Assembly: GCF_049337375.1 (NCBI RefSeq)
Contig: NZ_JBMPIV010000001.1
DNA from: Nannocystis pusilla
GTDB taxonomy: Bacteria > Myxococcota_A > Polyangia > Nannocystales > Nannocystaceae
Direction: 5' to 3' (one strand)
DNA: 64,000 nt
Shown: piece after piece, positions 62,156 through 64,000 of the stretch
How positions within the stretch are numbered: position 1 is the first letter of the stretch
Layout: each line of letters begins with the position of its first letter
Notes under the pieces: model-generated
Database searches by the model: none
What the model was told of the DNA's origin: nothing
Seen by the model: the letters and a program-made list of their open reading frames with translations, nothing else
Program-made: the position numbers and the translations under genes

Positions 62156-64000
62156 GTCCGGCGCGGGTCAGCAGGCGCTCGCTGGCGGCCAGCTGGCGGG
62201 CGAAGCTGGCGCCGGCGCTGCGGTAGAACGCGAGCGCGGCGCCGAGGTGCGGGCGGGCGGCGGCGACCGACGGCGGCGTGGCGCTCAGCAACGCCTCGGC
62301 GAGGGTGCGGTGGGCGCGAGCGAGGCGCGGGGCCCAGTGCGGGTCGTCGGCGGCGAGGACGGTGAGCTCGGCGACGGCGGCGGCCAGCGGGACGCGGGCC
62401 TCGAGCGGCCGGCCGCGGACGAGCAAGTTCTGGCCGAGGACGAGGCGCAGCTCGGCGATCTCCTCGCTCGACCAGGTGGTGTCCGGCATGCGCGCGAGGG
62501 TGGCCTGGAGGTGCTCGATGGCGGTGTCGTCGTCGACCGAGCCGGCGAGGCCGCGATAGCCGGCGAGCAGGGTCGCCTCGGGCCCGAACAGGCGCGTGCC
62601 GGACAGCTCCGACAGCTCGGCGGCGGCGCGGAAGACCGAGGCGGCGTCGTCGTCGTCGCCGATCTCGGTGGCGGCGCGGCCGAGGTGGAACAGGCACCGC
62701 GTGCGACGCACGAGGTCGTCGGGCAAGAACCGCTCGAGGGCGACGCAGCCGGCCTGGAGGATCGACCAGGCCTCACCCGGCTCGGCGAGCTGGGCGGCGG
62801 TGATCCGCGCCTCGATGGTGGCGGGGTGAACGACGCCGAGCTCGGCGTCGAAGATCTCGAGGGCGCGCGCGAGGAGGTCGTCGCGCGCGGCGCCCGGCTC
62901 GGTGACGGAGGCGAGGTTGAGGAGGGTGTAGCCGACGTCGCGGTGGCCGGCTGACAGGGCGCCCTGGCGCACGCTCAGGGCCTCGGTGAAGTAGCGCCGC
63001 GCCTCGGCCGAGTTGCGCTGGGCGAGGTTGGCGACGCCGAGGTTGTGCAGGACGAGGCCGCGCAGGGCCTCGGGAGCGGCGCCGCGAGAGGCGAGGGCGA
63101 GGGCGAGGGGCTCGTCGGCGAGGGCGCGCGCGACCATCTCGGGCCGGCGACTGGCGGCGACGATCCGCGAGGCCACGGCCTCGGCCGCGATCGCGTCGCC
63201 GCGCGACTCGATGCCGCTGCGCATGGCCCGGGTCAACCACTCGAGCTCCTGACCGGTCTCCTCGGAGGTGTTGAGCGAGAGCCGCCCGCGCAGCAGGGCG
63301 ACCTCGGCCCGCAGCGGGGCGTAGCCGATCTGCTCGGCGGCGGCCTCGATGTCGACGGCCTGATCGACGGCGTCGTGGATCCGCCCGAGCTTGGCCAGCG
63401 CCTCGACCCGCGCCATGTGATTGCGCAGGTCGGCGACGCGCTCGCCGAGCTCGGGGTCGTCGGGCGCCGGGGGTTCGGCCTTGAGGAAGGCGAGCTCGTG
63501 GCAGGCGGAGGGCGGCACGAGATCGCTGGCGGCGCCGAGCGCCCGCGGGGCCATGTCCATGTCGGCGATCGAGAGGGCCTTGACGGTCTCGTCGAAGGCG
63601 TCGCGCCGGCGATCGAGGCAGCGGCGCTGGCGATCGAGCAGGGCCTCGGTGTAGCGGCCCTGGTGCTCGGCGAGGCAGGTGTCGCGGTGGTTCTCGGCCC
63701 ACGAGGCGGCGAAGCGATCGAGCTTGTCGGCGACCTTGGGCCACAGCACGGCGGCGTAGTTGGGCGCCGCGTCGCGCAGAGCCGTGGCGACGGCGTTGCG
63801 CTGGGCCGGGCCCCAGACGCGGGCGATGTCGGCGTCGGCGTCGGCGCACGGGGACTCGGCGGCGGCCTCGGGCACGAAGGCGAGGCCGGCGGCGCCGGCG
63901 GTGAGGGCGAGCGCCAGAGCGGCGCCGACGAACCGCCAGGTCCGCCCGCGCGACGGGACGAGCGCGCCGAGCAGCGCCTCCATCGACGGGTAGCGGTCGC
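62127..64000 (-). CDS. Partial CDS (5' end beyond the window): TPR-repeat protein with an N-proximal TM segment, typical of the C-terminal region of myxobacterial Ser/Thr-kinase or anti-sigma-associated TPR proteins
   Basis: The frame stays open to the window edge. There is a TM helix (WRFVGAALALALTAGAAGLAF) followed by TPR-like repeats. Confidence 0.55.
   Translation of the reverse strand, partial: DRYPSMEALLGALVPSRGRTWRFVGAALALALTAGAAGLAFVPEAAAESPCADADADIARVWGPAQRNAVATALRDAAPNYAAVLWPKVADKLDRFAASWAENHRDTCLAEHQGRYTEALLDRQRRCLDRRRDAFDETVKALSIADMDMAPRALGAASDLVPPSACHELAFLKAEPPAPDDPELGERVADLRNHMARVEALAKLGRIHDAVDQAVDIEAAAEQIGYAPLRAEVALLRGRLSLNTSEETGQELEWLTRAMRSGIESRGDAIAAEAVASRIVAASRRPEMVARALADEPLALALASRGAAPEALRGLVLHNLGVANLAQRNSAEARRYFTEALSVRQGALSAGHRDVGYTLLNLASVTEPGAARDDLLARALEIFDAELGVVHPATIEARITAAQLAEPGEAWSILQAGCVALERFLPDDLVRRTRCLFHLGRAATEIGDDDDAASVFRAAAELSELSGTRLFGPEATLLAGYRGLAGSVDDDTAIEHLQATLARMPDTTWSSEEIAELRLVLGQNLLVRGRPLEARVPLAAAVAELTVLAADDPHWAPRLARAHRTLAEALLSATPPSVAAARPHLGAALAFYRSAGASFARQLAASERLLTRAGPRTHMPSRP

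Overview
This is a very GC-rich chromosomal segment, roughly 70% GC by eye. Long spurious ORFs occur in every frame, so I made calls from protein-family resemblance, signal peptides, codon-position GC and synteny, not from ORF length. The content points to Myxococcota: a MYXO-CTERM sorting tail on a DUF2330 protein, Ser/Thr kinases, TPR proteins, MopE-like Cys-rich lipoproteins and FG-GAP lipoproteins.

The housekeeping backbone is clear. It includes an M20 amidohydrolase, an SDR, tolQ-tolR-tolA-like-tolB, ppx/gppA, a PHP phosphoesterase, a mlaF-mlaE fusion, pntAB, moaC, glmS and two M16 peptidases. It also includes tRNA-Gln-prs-rplY-pth, the H+-pyrophosphatase hppA, rpsF-rpsR-rplI, dnaB and a PNP. 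Accessory or regulatory modules are interleaved with it:
- a hipBA toxin-antitoxin pair with an AT-rich operator patch;
- two HxlR regulators;
- an MFS exporter with a perfect 8-1-8 operator palindrome;
- an ECF sigma/anti-sigma module;
- a SWIM-SNF2 helicase;
- a SUKH/SMI1-KNR4-like gene;
- a NitT/TauT-type ABC transporter whose SBP gene is separated from the permease/ATPase genes by a 3.3 kb insert.

The most striking feature is a dispersed family of short tandem-repeat elements with a strict 14-bp period. The unit is roughly GRCATGYCCGAAGG; adjacent units form the 20-bp palindrome CCTTCGGRCATGYCCGAAGG around a GGACATGTCC core. I found at least 15 loci. Most are intergenic and at gene 3' ends. 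Several lie in frame inside ORFs, and one forms a higher-order array of about 73-bp units (49365-49745). A Pro/Ser/Thr-rich coding repeat, a C-terminal acidic tail and the junction of a fused sigma/anti-sigma ORF all appear to be built from the same unit. The arrangement resembles REP/BIME elements, but the unit is different and no RAYT gene is visible in this window.
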